A stretch of 30,169 nt of DNA from a virus. Its lineage: Duplodnaviria; Caudoviricetes. The translations under genes were made by a program, and so were the position numbers. The notes under the pieces were generated by a model. The model saw only the letters and a list, made by a program, of their open reading frames with translations. It was not told the origin of the DNA and ran no database searches. Below, piece by piece: positions 18,901 through 27,766 of the stretch; position 1 is the first letter of the stretch, and each line of letters opens with the position of its first letter. The stretch spans positions 1-30,169 of the IMG/VR virus record IMGVR_UViG_3300005512_000225. One strand, written 5' to 3'.

Positions 18901-20497
18901 CACTACCTGTTGAAAAATTTCTAAATACAAAATTACGCAATCTTGCACCGTTATTCATTTGAAATACATCTGAGTTAGCATTAGGTGTAGAACCGTCTTT
19001 TGAAATACCAACACCGTAACCTTTATCATTAGTAGTGTCTGGAGAAATAGTAACAGCGCCTAAACCATTACCTTCAATAACCACACTACGACCTACTCTG
19101 ATAGGACATAATTCTTCGTATATACCTGCACTGACATTTATTCTACATTGTCCAATATTAAAAGTTTGTTCTGTTGCATGTTGAATAGTACGCCAACTGC
19201 TAGTAGGAGTTCTACCATCATTATTATCATCACCTTGTGGAGATACATAGTAATCATTTTGCGGTGTTAAGTGACCCCAAGTCGGAACTCCGTTGTTTAC
19301 AGTTAAAAACGAACCACTAGGACCAATTGGTAATCTTACTGTTGCACCAACTCCATTGCGATAAATCATATCTCCTGTTGTTGTCATTGGTGAACTTATA
19401 TCACCTTGTGCTAGAGATTGCCATCTTCCTGTATCTGTATTAGGTGTAGGTGCGCCTGAACTTGTGTGTGCTTGAATACAAATATAAGCACTTCCTGAAT
19501 ACTCAATTACATCATCTAATTTGTATTCAACACTAGATGCACTCCATGCACCTTTAAAGTCAAACCCTTTGTTTAAAATTTCCCAGTAGTTTGTATCTGT
19601 TGGTTTAATTTCTGTAGGTGATACAAATATTGCATCTACTGTACAAATATAAGTTCTTCCACCGTATCTAACTACATCACCTGGGTTGTAATCTGTACTT
19701 GATTGCCAGTCAGATCTAAAATTAAATCCTTCATGATACAAACTAAAATACGTAGGATTTATAGGTCTATTACCAAGAGAAGTTTGAATAGTTATATAAC
19801 TATTACCACCGTATCTTACTATGTCACCGGGCCTATAAGTTGAAATATTATTCCAAGAATTTCTATAATTTGATCCACTTACAAATAAATCCCAGTTACT
19901 TGACGGAGGTGCATCGTTTGTATTTGTTGCTTTTGCAGAATAAACTTTACCCCCTAATTCAACTAATTCACCTGGCAAATATTCTATTGCATTGTTCCAA
20001 GAGCCCTTAAAAATATAACCTCTGTTTAAAATTTCCCAATAATTTGTATCAGTTGGTAAGTTGCCAAGCGTGTCCGTTGTAGCAGTATAAGTATAGCCGC
20101 CATACCTTACGATATCACCGTCTTGATATTGTGTTCCGTTATTGTAATCACCTTCAAATTCTAATCCGCCAACTAATTTTGACCAATAACTTGGTTGAGT
20201 AGCAGGAATAGTATTGATGTTTTCTTGTAAAGCAATATAAACTGCTCCACCATAGTTTACAATATCGTAAACTTGATAAAGTGTTGCTTGATTCCAAACG
20301 CCGCCATATGCCAGTCCTTCTGTCATTAAATCAAATTTAGGTTTGTTATCTATAAAAGCAGATGTAGAAGTGTGTGCATCTATACAAACATATGTACTAG
20401 GACCATATTTTACAATATCGTCTTTTTTGTACTCAGTTGCAGAAGCCCATACTCCCTTCCAAGTAAATTTAATATTTCCTAAATTGATTACTGTCAT
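15983..20497 (-). CDS. Large virion structural/fibre protein, paralog B (1504 aa)
   Basis: Colinear with 2275..6771 over the full length, with long identical peptides in the core. Confidence 0.85.
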   Translation of the reverse strand: MTVINLGNIKFTWKGVWASATEYKKDDIVKYGPSTYVCIDAHTSTSAFIDNKPKFDLMTEGLAYGGVWNQATLYQVYDIVNYGGAVYIALQENINTIPATQPSYWSKLVGGLEFEGDYNNGTQYQDGDIVRYGGYTYTATTDTLGNLPTDTNYWEILNRGYIFKGSWNNAIEYLPGELVELGGKVYSAKATNTNDAPPSSNWDLFVSGSNYRNSWNNISTYRPGDIVRYGGNSYITIQTSLGNRPINPTYFSLYHEGFNFRSDWQSSTDYNPGDVVRYGGRTYICTVDAIFVSPTEIKPTDTNYWEILNKGFDFKGAWSASSVEYKLDDVIEYSGSAYICIQAHTSSGAPTPNTDTGRWQSLAQGDISSPMTTTGDMIYRNGVGATVRLPIGPSGSFLTVNNGVPTWGHLTPQNDYYVSPQGDDNNDGRTPTSSWRTIQHATEQTFNIGQCRINVSAGIYEELCPIRVGRSVVIEGNGLGAVTISPDTTNDKGYGVGISKDGSTPNANSDVFQMNNGARLRNFVFRNFSTGSVQVALDPGTGQDDTSVWITSQSPYVQNCTNFSPGGTGFKIDGSLHNGGYKSMVANDFTQINSDGVGIHALNDGRTEIVSCFTYYCDIGYLAEGGAKIRAIVGNNSYGEYGAVARGFSQSETPLTGTLELSDTTINSVTTLGTNVHVFTSYRDSVGNRIFVGHTNPTGTDVTSSWDNTASYPFICKFNSAGSLDWIYTYESSFGAIHSVVELSDRYYAGGVIYDAATNKGFILSISKAGEIQWQKIVGDTSEITDVTTDENNLYAVGTHTTTGVSVIKLNPAGVEQWSKTLEYNDSSAANTLTATALAFAGPPTTSTDTYALAGDATAEDNLYVASYDSTVNQSLITRLTSTGTYVATYQYGDVRINSLSLDTGNGDGIYLMAAGYYDAGAVNKNPLVFRLTVNGSVAWQKQLALSSEEGEFKDVIALGNDVYVTGYINEGTNNNNTGLLVRYSSNGTVQWLYKFDNGTNNIALNGVMLDGVNVIAAGIEQANSVIVNVQRDVSGGIGTVTSGSYAFTALTPTETSNTVVTQQFNEIDLLGATLGVSDTALTLNQSPSQTRTAVATRAGFAGIGTGAVFNIAGLERSPKEGSVLQITGDQETYFVIGVNNFIAGVGGTGTCQIVLDPRIPSNKTPNDGTNVVFREAFSQVRMSGHDFLDIGTGGFADTNYPVIIDADYTQPPNQERETLSENGGRVFYVTTDQDGNFRVGDYFKVEQATGRATLSSEEFDLAGLNELQLGSITAGKQGATINEFSTDGTFADNSDAAVPTEKAVKTYVDTEISQAVAGAGTIQVGLSPTQSKVEVVGSGLATDTINFDIHGGNVAQIGKEYLLIPQGTTAERPSTPTNGYIRYNTTINAFEGYVNGAWSGLGGGNPWVTKTDADTGYTALNNDRILVDTSAGVTTINLPASPNVGDNVRFLDKSGTFDGYALTVDPGAENINGVNDTLVVSQEHAGFQLLYVGASQGWKLLEL

Positions 20498-20754
20498 TGT
20501 GGATTCTCTCTATACGTGTAAATTAGTTGTCCATTGGTATTTATCGAATATGATCCATCATCATCGCCGATGTATTTTTCGTCAAATAATTCATTATTGT
20601 TTCCGTCTTGTAAGTTAATTGTGCCGCTTGTAATACGTGTATACAGCAAATCACCGTTTGCATTCTTTGTAAATCCGTGAAAACAACTACGTCCTTCACC
20701 ACGTCCTGCTGGTCCTCCTTGTGGATTACCTATAAATGATGGAATAGTTGCCAT
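20494..20754 (-). CDS. Small cassette protein, paralog B (86 aa)
   Basis: Similar to 6771..7037; ATGA overlap with the next gene. Confidence 0.85.
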   Translation of the reverse strand: MATIPSFIGNPQGGPAGRGEGRSCFHGFTKNANGDLLYTRITSGTINLQDGNNNELFDEKYIGDDDGSYSINTNGQLIYTYRENPQ

Positions 20755-20755
20755 A

Positions 20756-21088
20756 TTATGTTATCTCCAATACACTTATTGTAACATCGGCACTATTTGC
20801 AGTGTCTGATCTTACACACAATTCTTGTCCAGGAAGAACAACAAGTTTTTGTTCTCCGCCCACAGGCACGGTTGCAGTACCTGCATTTAGTGTTGTACCC
20901 TTAAGCAAATACACTTCTGTTGAGTCTGTATCACGCATAAACAAGTCGATTACAATAGGAGAACTTGTTCTATTTGCTACGGTATATCCAATAACTGTGG
21001 TATAAACTATGCCACTTCCTGGAGTGTATACTGTAACATCTCCTGTTCCTATGTTTGCTGTTAATTTATTACTAAAACTATTTGCCAT
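20756..21088 (-). CDS. Small putative virion protein (110 aa), similar to 26387..26737
   Basis: YT....T.V.....N and (K/R)LV(V/L)..G......S pattern; tightly packed in the operon. Confidence 0.75.
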   Translation of the reverse strand: MANSFSNKLTANIGTGDVTVYTPGSGIVYTTVIGYTVANRTSSPIVIDLFMRDTDSTEVYLLKGTTLNAGTATVPVGGEQKLVVLPGQELCVRSDTANSADVTISVLEIT

Positions 21089-21096
21089 ACTATTAA

Positions 21097-24000
21097 TTAT
21101 CCTAACGCTATCGAATATGTTATTGCTTCATCTACCGCTTCTGCTCTAGTAATTACCTCCGGAGCAGGTATTGTTGAGTAGTTTATGATGTTGATCCTAG
21201 ACTCTTCATCAGGTGCTTCGTCGACAAAAACTATGTAATCACCATCAATATCATACACTAGAGGATCCTGGTATACGTTATCAACAAACGGAATTATTCC
21301 AAATTTATCCAAAGGAGCAACACTTAATTTAAATCTACGTGTGCTTCCATCTCCAACAAATGTATCAACTCTAGTAGTTGCTACACTTGGGGCACTTAAA
21401 TGTCTAACATCAATAATAGCACCATCTTCCACAGGATATGCTGTGCTTGTGTTATCAATGAATATTAATTCTTGTCCACTTACAATGTAACTATCGCCCG
21501 GATTCTGTACCACACCGTTGATTGCTACCATAAGTGCTTGTGCTGAACTTACAGCATTTGTTAGTGTGAACGAATATGCTACACCATCACCTGTAAATTG
21601 TTGATACTGGACCGGAGTACCAAATCCTACACCTAGATAATTCCAACCTGCATCTGGATAGTATGCTTCATACTTGTTTGAAGTTTCGTTATATCTTACT
21701 TCTCCATTTGTGGGCGAGTTTGGTCTTTCAGCAGTTGTACCTTGAGGTAAAATTAATCTACCATCTGCAAAACTTACAATACCTTCCGCATTAATTGTTG
21801 TGCCGTTTGCACTTGTGATTAATTCTTTGTTAGAACCTGTACCAACAAGCATGTTGGCATCATAATTTGTAATTCTTACTGTACCTGTAGCAACAGTTTC
21901 ATAATTTGTAATTGCAACATTACCTTTAACAGTACCTTGTTCAATTGTTGTAATTGCCGCAAATTCGTCTGCACTTTCGTCATAAATGAAACCTTTGTTT
22001 AAATCAGAACCTCTTTCAAAAATAAGTCCCATGTCAACAAAGTTTGGACCTTGTGCAGTTGTGTTTAAACTCATCAAAGGATCTGTAGCAAAAATATTAC
22101 CTGCACTGGTTTCACCCGCACTACCATCAAGTATAACTCTACCTGCACCGCTTGCTCTAATAATTAAATCTTCGTTGGTGTTAATGTTTTCAATAACATT
22201 GCCGTTGATTTGAATTTTACCATCAACTGTTAAACCATTTCTGCTGATGTTAACCTTACCATAACTAATTGGAGTATCGTCAGGATTATTACTACCAACA
22301 TAGAAAGTAAATGTATCACTATCATCGTTTGCTGTTTCAACAGTAAGATATGTATCACCGTCACCATCAGTAACTGATCCGCCACCAATTAATTCCCAAG
22401 CAGTACCAGTCCAACTTTCTAGTGAACGCAGTGCTGTGTTAAATCTAACAACACCGGCATCGTCTGCATCATAACCACCGGGTCTTTCAAGTGTTGTTCC
22501 TCTTGGAATTCTAATACCATGTATTCCAGTGAAGTCAACATACGCTTCTGCATTTGTACTCACTGGAGAAATTTTATCAACTTTCAATCCGTTGGTGCTG
22601 TCTAGTTGAGCAGTAAGTGTTCCGCCTGTATAAAAATCTAATCTATCTTCATCACTGCCTGCACTTATTTCTGGAATAATATAAGTGTCGTTGTCTACGT
22701 CACGAACGCCACCTAAACTTGACCAAGCAATACCGTTGTAACCTTCAAACTGTGTAGTTTGTGTGTTAAATCTAACCAATCCTGTTGTTGGTGATCCTGG
22801 ACGCTGTGGAGTGTTTCCTACAGGTAATTTTAGTCCTGTGTTAGAACTAAAGTCAACCCAATCACCTGTTAGTGGTTGTATGTCATTTACTTTTAATGCA
22901 GTTTGATCAAGATTAGCAACTTCAACACCACCTGCAAAGAATTGTAAATTATCTTCGTCACTACCTGGTGATAATTCTGGTTGAATGTAAGTGTCACTGT
23001 CAACATCTCGCACACCGCCTAGTGAACTCCAAGCAGTTGCGGCGTACCCTTCGAACTGTTGTGTTGTTGAGTTGTAACGAATATGTCCTGTAACACCTGT
23101 TGGTCTTTGCAGTGTAGTACCAACCGGAATGTTAAGTGCTTCTGTACCTACAATATCAACATAACCTGTTGCATTACCTTGTAGTTCTAGATTAGCACCA
23201 CTAATAGTAGTTTCTAAACCGTTGTTTCTAATTAATACGTTGTCAACTTGTATTTGGGTAGCATTTACTTGATTTTCTTCTAGGACCATAATCAAGTTTG
23301 CTGTTACACCATCACCACCGTAGAAGTTTTGTATATGTGCATTTCTCCAACGCTTGGTTGCTTTACCAATGTCGTAAGTAATATCAGCATCAGGAATTAG
23401 GTTACTTTGTAAATCTGCATTAATAATAATGTTATCTGTGTCTTGATTACCTAATGTAATGTTACCACCTAAATCAATGTCACCTGTAACATTTAGGTTT
23501 CCTGTAATATTTGTTTCACCGCTGAACGGAGTTAGGTTAATATCACCCTGGGTGGATGACATTGTGTTACCACTTAAAACTAAATTTCCAGTTGATACTT
23601 GGAACGGATTTACTATTGTCTGATTGCCACCGTTGGTAAATGTAATACCTGTTAGTGAACTTACATCAAAGTTACCGCCACTAAATGTAACAGCACCTGT
23701 GTCTTGGTCTACATAAAATAAATCACCAATTCTATAATCGCCATATTGGTCAGTTGAATTGTAAAATACTCTACCACTGTTTACTTCAACAACTTCGTTT
23801 GCTGTTGCTACATCGTTGTCATTGTTATCAAATTTCTTTCCTGATCCAATATAACCAAAATCATGTGAACTCATTCTCAAACGTACATCTGGACCGTCTG
23901 CTCTAATACCAAATTGTCCATAAACGTTTGCTGATGCAATAGAACGCATCTCTGCACCAAAGTCTTTTCTATCGTATCTTACAATACTTGTTGCTGTTGC

Positions 24001-25776
24001 ACCACTACCGGTTGTTGCAACAATACTTTGAGGTGTTGTATCAAATCCATCTAGACCATCATAACGGCCATCAACAATTATTGTGTCACTGCCACTTACA
24101 CTTTCAACAGTACAAGTTGTTACTGTTGACCCGTCTGTTGAAGTAAATGTAACAACATCACCGGGAGCAAACGTTCCTGTAATTCCACTTAATTGAATTT
24201 TAGTTTTACCATCACCAAAGGTACCGCTTGTACCTGCTATACCTTCAATACCTTGACTTGCAAAATAAACGAAACAGTTAAGCCATTCTACTCGTCCGCC
24301 TTCTGTAATAATCAAACCTTTGGCATTTGGTACAATAAATGTTGCACTGTCAAACAGCATAGCAGTTTCAATTGATGCACTGTTTAATGCACTGCCGTCC
24401 ATTAATGCACCACGACCTGCATCGCCTGCCGCATAGCCATATGGATCATCCGCAGGAGCAGTACCAAGTCTTACCGTGCTACCAAAGTTTAATACTGTTA
24501 CGTGTCTAATGTAAGCACTACGTCTTGTAACTAGAGCGTTACTAGCATAACGGAAAGCATAACCGGTATCATTAAGGCTATCATATTCTATTTCACGAAT
24601 TGTTAAATGCTCAATAGTTACTTCACCGTTTAGTAAGAAAAAATCATTTGTTCTTGTTGCGGCGGTTGGTTTAAGTTGTGTTCCTCTTAGTCCAACACCT
24701 GCTACCGTAACACCTGCTGGTACTGTTAAAGGAGCAACCTCTTCAAATGTTCCTGAGCCAACAAAAATTGTATCACCTGCTGTTGCGACAGTAAGTGCAT
24801 GTTTTAGTGTTGCAAACGCTTCGTTGGTATCTCCACCATTGTTAGCATCGTTACCATTTACAGTTACATAGTAAGCATTACCTGGCTGTAATAAAATATC
24901 TGTGCCGTTGGCATATACTCTACCAGTTCCAGAACTATTGATGTTTATACTTGTGTTTGAATCGTTAGCAAAAATACCTGTGTTGTCGCCATCGCCGTCT
25001 ACGGTAATATTACCAAATTGTAATTGTGTTCCAGCAAGACTAACGTTACCACCTGCTTCTACTTGTAATCCATAAATGTCAACAACACCAGTACCATTAG
25101 CACGAATAATTAAATCACTGTTGGTGTTAATTGGTTCTAGTATATTATCTGTAATCTGTAATTCGCCAATATTAGCATTATTAGCGTCAATTGTTTTCCA
25201 ACGCTTTGTTGGTAAACCTAATCTATAAGTATCGCTTACGTCAGGAACAATATCTGATACAACGTCTGCATTAATTTGAACATTATCTAAATTGCCATCA
25301 CCGAGCGTAATGTTACCTGCCGCAGTAATATTTCCTGTTGCAAATAAGTTACCTGTTACGTTTGTGTTACCTACTAGTTCAATTGTGCCTGTACCGTTTG
25401 GTCTCAATTCAATAGGCGCATTAGAATCTAGAGTCGTAATATAGTTGTCATTAAATTCTAATGAGTCTACATGAATTTTTGAATGATAGATAACAGGATC
25501 GTTACCAGCAGGTAACAATTCAATTGTACCTAAGTTTGAACTAATTGTGTTGTTTTGTAGGTTTAAATTTCCTACTTCAATTTGGTTTGTGGCTTGTAAA
25601 TTTGTTGCGTTTATAGTGCCGTTTACATCAACATCGTAAGCGGGGCTTGCCGTCTTAACACCAATTCGGTTGTTTGTAACATCTAAGTATAATAAATCCG
25701 TTTCAAACGCTAAATCCACGCCATTACGCAGAAGGTTAGCCTTCAACAACGGACCTGAAATTCGACCGACGGCCAT
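21097..25776 (-). CDS. Very large virion structural protein (1559 aa), possible baseplate/fibre hub
   Basis: AGGAG SD; YYVTVNGNDANNG..FATL, HDFGYIGSG and FYNSTDQYGDYRIG show the same core family as the two 1500-aa proteins; four connector motifs, three followed by D.D.DTY repeats; two C-terminal F.GDG domains. Confidence 0.85.
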   Translation of the reverse strand: MAVGRISGPLLKANLLRNGVDLAFETDLLYLDVTNNRIGVKTASPAYDVDVNGTINATNLQATNQIEVGNLNLQNNTISSNLGTIELLPAGNDPVIYHSKIHVDSLEFNDNYITTLDSNAPIELRPNGTGTIELVGNTNVTGNLFATGNITAAGNITLGDGNLDNVQINADVVSDIVPDVSDTYRLGLPTKRWKTIDANNANIGELQITDNILEPINTNSDLIIRANGTGVVDIYGLQVEAGGNVSLAGTQLQFGNITVDGDGDNTGIFANDSNTSININSSGTGRVYANGTDILLQPGNAYYVTVNGNDANNGGDTNEAFATLKHALTVATAGDTIFVGSGTFEEVAPLTVPAGVTVAGVGLRGTQLKPTAATRTNDFFLLNGEVTIEHLTIREIEYDSLNDTGYAFRYASNALVTRRSAYIRHVTVLNFGSTVRLGTAPADDPYGYAAGDAGRGALMDGSALNSASIETAMLFDSATFIVPNAKGLIITEGGRVEWLNCFVYFASQGIEGIAGTSGTFGDGKTKIQLSGITGTFAPGDVVTFTSTDGSTVTTCTVESVSGSDTIIVDGRYDGLDGFDTTPQSIVATTGSGATATSIVRYDRKDFGAEMRSIASANVYGQFGIRADGPDVRLRMSSHDFGYIGSGKKFDNNDNDVATANEVVEVNSGRVFYNSTDQYGDYRIGDLFYVDQDTGAVTFSGGNFDVSSLTGITFTNGGNQTIVNPFQVSTGNLVLSGNTMSSTQGDINLTPFSGETNITGNLNVTGDIDLGGNITLGNQDTDNIIINADLQSNLIPDADITYDIGKATKRWRNAHIQNFYGGDGVTANLIMVLEENQVNATQIQVDNVLIRNNGLETTISGANLELQGNATGYVDIVGTEALNIPVGTTLQRPTGVTGHIRYNSTTQQFEGYAATAWSSLGGVRDVDSDTYIQPELSPGSDEDNLQFFAGGVEVANLDQTALKVNDIQPLTGDWVDFSSNTGLKLPVGNTPQRPGSPTTGLVRFNTQTTQFEGYNGIAWSSLGGVRDVDNDTYIIPEISAGSDEDRLDFYTGGTLTAQLDSTNGLKVDKISPVSTNAEAYVDFTGIHGIRIPRGTTLERPGGYDADDAGVVRFNTALRSLESWTGTAWELIGGGSVTDGDGDTYLTVETANDDSDTFTFYVGSNNPDDTPISYGKVNISRNGLTVDGKIQINGNVIENINTNEDLIIRASGAGRVILDGSAGETSAGNIFATDPLMSLNTTAQGPNFVDMGLIFERGSDLNKGFIYDESADEFAAITTIEQGTVKGNVAITNYETVATGTVRITNYDANMLVGTGSNKELITSANGTTINAEGIVSFADGRLILPQGTTAERPNSPTNGEVRYNETSNKYEAYYPDAGWNYLGVGFGTPVQYQQFTGDGVAYSFTLTNAVSSAQALMVAINGVVQNPGDSYIVSGQELIFIDNTSTAYPVEDGAIIDVRHLSAPSVATTRVDTFVGDGSTRRFKLSVAPLDKFGIIPFVDNVYQDPLVYDIDGDYIVFVDEAPDEESRINIINYSTIPAPEVITRAEAVDEAITYSIALG

Positions 25777-25783
25777 TGTGTTC

Positions 25784-25882
25784 TCCTATAAACGGGCATC
25801 CTGTGCCTCCAACCACATTACATAGCGGGTTGACCACTGTTTGTACTGCAAACCAAAATTCGGTCAAGTTTGCATTAACAGT
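25784..25882 (-). ncRNA. Candidate structured 5' leader (possible pseudoknot) of the 1559-aa gene
   Basis: By-eye pairings: ACTGTT/AACAGT, TGCAAAC/GTTTGCA, loop TTGACC with downstream GGTCAA, CAACC/GGTTG and GGCA/TGCC, ending before the SD. No family assigned. Confidence 0.5.
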
Positions 25883-25890
25883 ATTTAGTC
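25882..25890 (-). promoter_or_regulatory. Late promoter GACTAAATA
   Basis: The same 9-mer occurs at 27714-27722 and 28265-28273. Confidence 0.7.
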
Positions 25891-25916
25891 TTTATTGGAA
25901 AAAGGGTGTGATCGGC

Positions 25917-26387
25917 TTAGTCGAAACCGTGGATTACTACCACGTCTTTGCCTAGTGGTACAGCACTATCAAAACGTAGTTTGTATTCATTTTGTCCTGT
26001 TTGAACCATTGTGTAGTTTACTTCTGCAATCTGCACAACGTTTTCTACTAGGACTAAAATATTTTTTGAACTTGCTGGAATTGGCTCTAATGGTCCAAAC
26101 TCTTGTTCTACTGCATCACCTGCGCCTAAGTTTTGAATAGTGATAGTGTTTGGACGCATGGTACGTGCTTCTTCCCATGCATTGTTAACATAGAATTCAA
26201 ACTCGTTTAAATCTGTATTGTAACGTATTTGTCCATTTTCAGGATACTCTGGACGCTCTGCTGTTGTTCCTAGAGGAACTTTTACAGCATAATTTGTTCC
26301 AAGCACAACCTGACCATTTGCTTCAACAGAAACACTTGGGTCTGTAATTAACTTAGAATTTAGTTGTTGCTTTTTAACAAATCTCAT
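25917..26387 (-). CDS. Small structural protein (156 aa): one connector motif plus one GD(G/A)-type domain
   Basis: VPLGTTAERP..GQIRYNT..FEFY...W, then GDA..F....LVLVENVVQ..Y...F...P.G..V.V, as in the 948- and 1559-aa proteins. Confidence 0.8.
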   Translation of the reverse strand: MRFVKKQQLNSKLITDPSVSVEANGQVVLGTNYAVKVPLGTTAERPEYPENGQIRYNTDLNEFEFYVNNAWEEARTMRPNTITIQNLGAGDAVEQEFGPLEPIPASSKNILVLVENVVQIAEVNYTMVQTGQNEYKLRFDSAVPLGKDVVVIHGFD

Positions 26388-26737
26388 TATACTGCTACCG
26401 TGCTAATTGTTGCACTTACTGTAGCAGGTGATGTTGTTTGTGCTACAATAGTGTCACCGTTTTCTAACACCAAACGTTCCGAATCCATAATAAATGTTTC
26501 ACCGCCTGGAATTTTTAACTGATGTAAAATTTTGTTTTGGTCACTTGCTGATCCGCCGTTTGGTACAATATGCAAATCTAAAAATGTATCTGCATCTGTA
26601 AGAACAGTTCCGCTTGGTGACGCAATATTATCAACATCTGCATAGTTACAAAAAATCATACTTGTAACTGCTGTCTCACCGACGCTGGTGTATAGTGTTG
26701 TTAATGTAGCATCTATAAAGTTGTTTGTAATCGCCAT
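26387..26737 (-). CDS. Small putative virion protein (116 aa)
   Basis: AGGA SD; TAATG overlap with the next gene; similar to 20756..21088. Confidence 0.75.
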   Translation of the reverse strand: MAITNNFIDATLTTLYTSVGETAVTSMIFCNYADVDNIASPSGTVLTDADTFLDLHIVPNGGSASDQNKILHQLKIPGGETFIMDSERLVLENGDTIVAQTTSPATVSATISTVAV

Positions 26738-26745
26738 TTTCTTTC

Positions 26746-27687
26746 CTAAAATAACATGCTATACAGCAATGCCTTCTTTTTACTTACAAGTTCGTCTCTT
26801 GTACTAGATGTATTTACAAAATATAGTCCAGAACCACCCTCTGCTTCGGCTTGTGAATATAACTTAATTCTTCCGCTATCTGCACTAGGAGCACTAGGAC
26901 TTACAGCACCTTCAATACTCAGTACATCTCGAACAACAACTTCACCTGTGCCGTTTGTTTCTAAAAATAAACTTTCATTTGATGTTTTTGGACGTATTGT
27001 AGTTCCATCAATTTGTAATTGTTGTAATTCTGTTGTAATAGCGTTTACACTAAATCTTTCAACACCATCTACTTCAACTGTAAACTGTGATAGCGGATCC
27101 CCTTCACTAGTATCAAAAACTTCTGCAATAGTATTCCCTGATGTAATACGTGCAATAGCCGCTCCTGCAACCGCAGTGTCTACATATTTTTTGTTTGGAA
27201 TATCATCATCATCGGTTACATTGTTTTCGTAATCGCTTGTTCCTGTAACTTTAACAACAGCATTTGGTGCATTTTGTCCAAGCAGTATTAGATCTTCTCC
27301 AGTAGTTTCAAGAACGTGTGCTTGAATTGCACCTAAACTTGCACCTACTTTAAATGTAAAAACTCCAGGACCTGTTCCGCCATTTGGTTGTAGATAACTT
27401 AGTGTATCATTAAACAGCATGGTTGCCGCTGGACTGCTAGGACCTCGATACATGCTTATACCTGCTGTACCTAGCGTAATACCACTAGGCGAAGTTTCTC
27501 CTGTGTTGAGTTCAATAATATTGTCCTCAACTGTCATGTTTGCTGTGTCGATTGTGGTAGTTGTTCCTAGAACTGTTAAATCACCTGTAATTCTTACTTC
27601 TGGAGTTTGCATAGTAAGCAATGCTCCTATTGAAGAAGAGGTAATGATTTTATAATCACCGGTAACTTTTAGTACGTCTACAGCCAT
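26746..27687 (-). CDS. Putative virion structural protein (313 aa)
   Basis: GDLTVLGTTTTIDT.N.TVEDNIIELN and IPNKKYVD are fibre-type motifs; own late promoter and AGGA SD. Confidence 0.75.
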   Translation of the reverse strand: MAVDVLKVTGDYKIITSSSIGALLTMQTPEVRITGDLTVLGTTTTIDTANMTVEDNIIELNTGETSPSGITLGTAGISMYRGPSSPAATMLFNDTLSYLQPNGGTGPGVFTFKVGASLGAIQAHVLETTGEDLILLGQNAPNAVVKVTGTSDYENNVTDDDDIPNKKYVDTAVAGAAIARITSGNTIAEVFDTSEGDPLSQFTVEVDGVERFSVNAITTELQQLQIDGTTIRPKTSNESLFLETNGTGEVVVRDVLSIEGAVSPSAPSADSGRIKLYSQAEAEGGSGLYFVNTSSTRDELVSKKKALLYSMLF

Positions 27688-27713
27688 TTGTTAGAATCCT
27701 TTGTCTATAGCAT

Positions 27714-27724
27714 TATTTAGTCAA
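27714..27724 (-). promoter_or_regulatory. Late promoter TTGACTAAATA directly after a terminator
   Basis: Box 26 nt upstream of the ATG at 27687. Confidence 0.7.
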
Positions 27725-27754
27725 GAGAAAAGGGCAAAGCGAACTCTGCCCTTT
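27725..27754 (-). terminator. Rho-independent terminator after the 135-aa gene
   Basis: Minus strand AAAGGGCAGAG-TTCG-CTTTGCCCTTT followed by TCTCTT. Confidence 0.8.
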
Positions 27755-27766
27755 CCATAGATGCAA

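Noticed and set aside
546-20497. Diversity-generating retroelement or invertase-driven fibre switching
   Set aside because: No reverse transcriptase or recombinase in the window, the cassettes are in direct orientation, and differences are synonymous rather than adenine-specific.
25800-25880. c-di-GMP-II riboswitch or CsrA site in the long leader
   Set aside because: AGTGGTCAACC only loosely resembles the riboswitch 3' segment and the rest of the consensus is not evident; the CAGGA loop does not match CANGGANG. Left unassigned.
1900-27655. Many 60-190-aa plus-strand ORFs inside the large structural genes
   Set aside because: Fully antisense to well-supported genes and lacking recognisable motifs; expected from codon bias.
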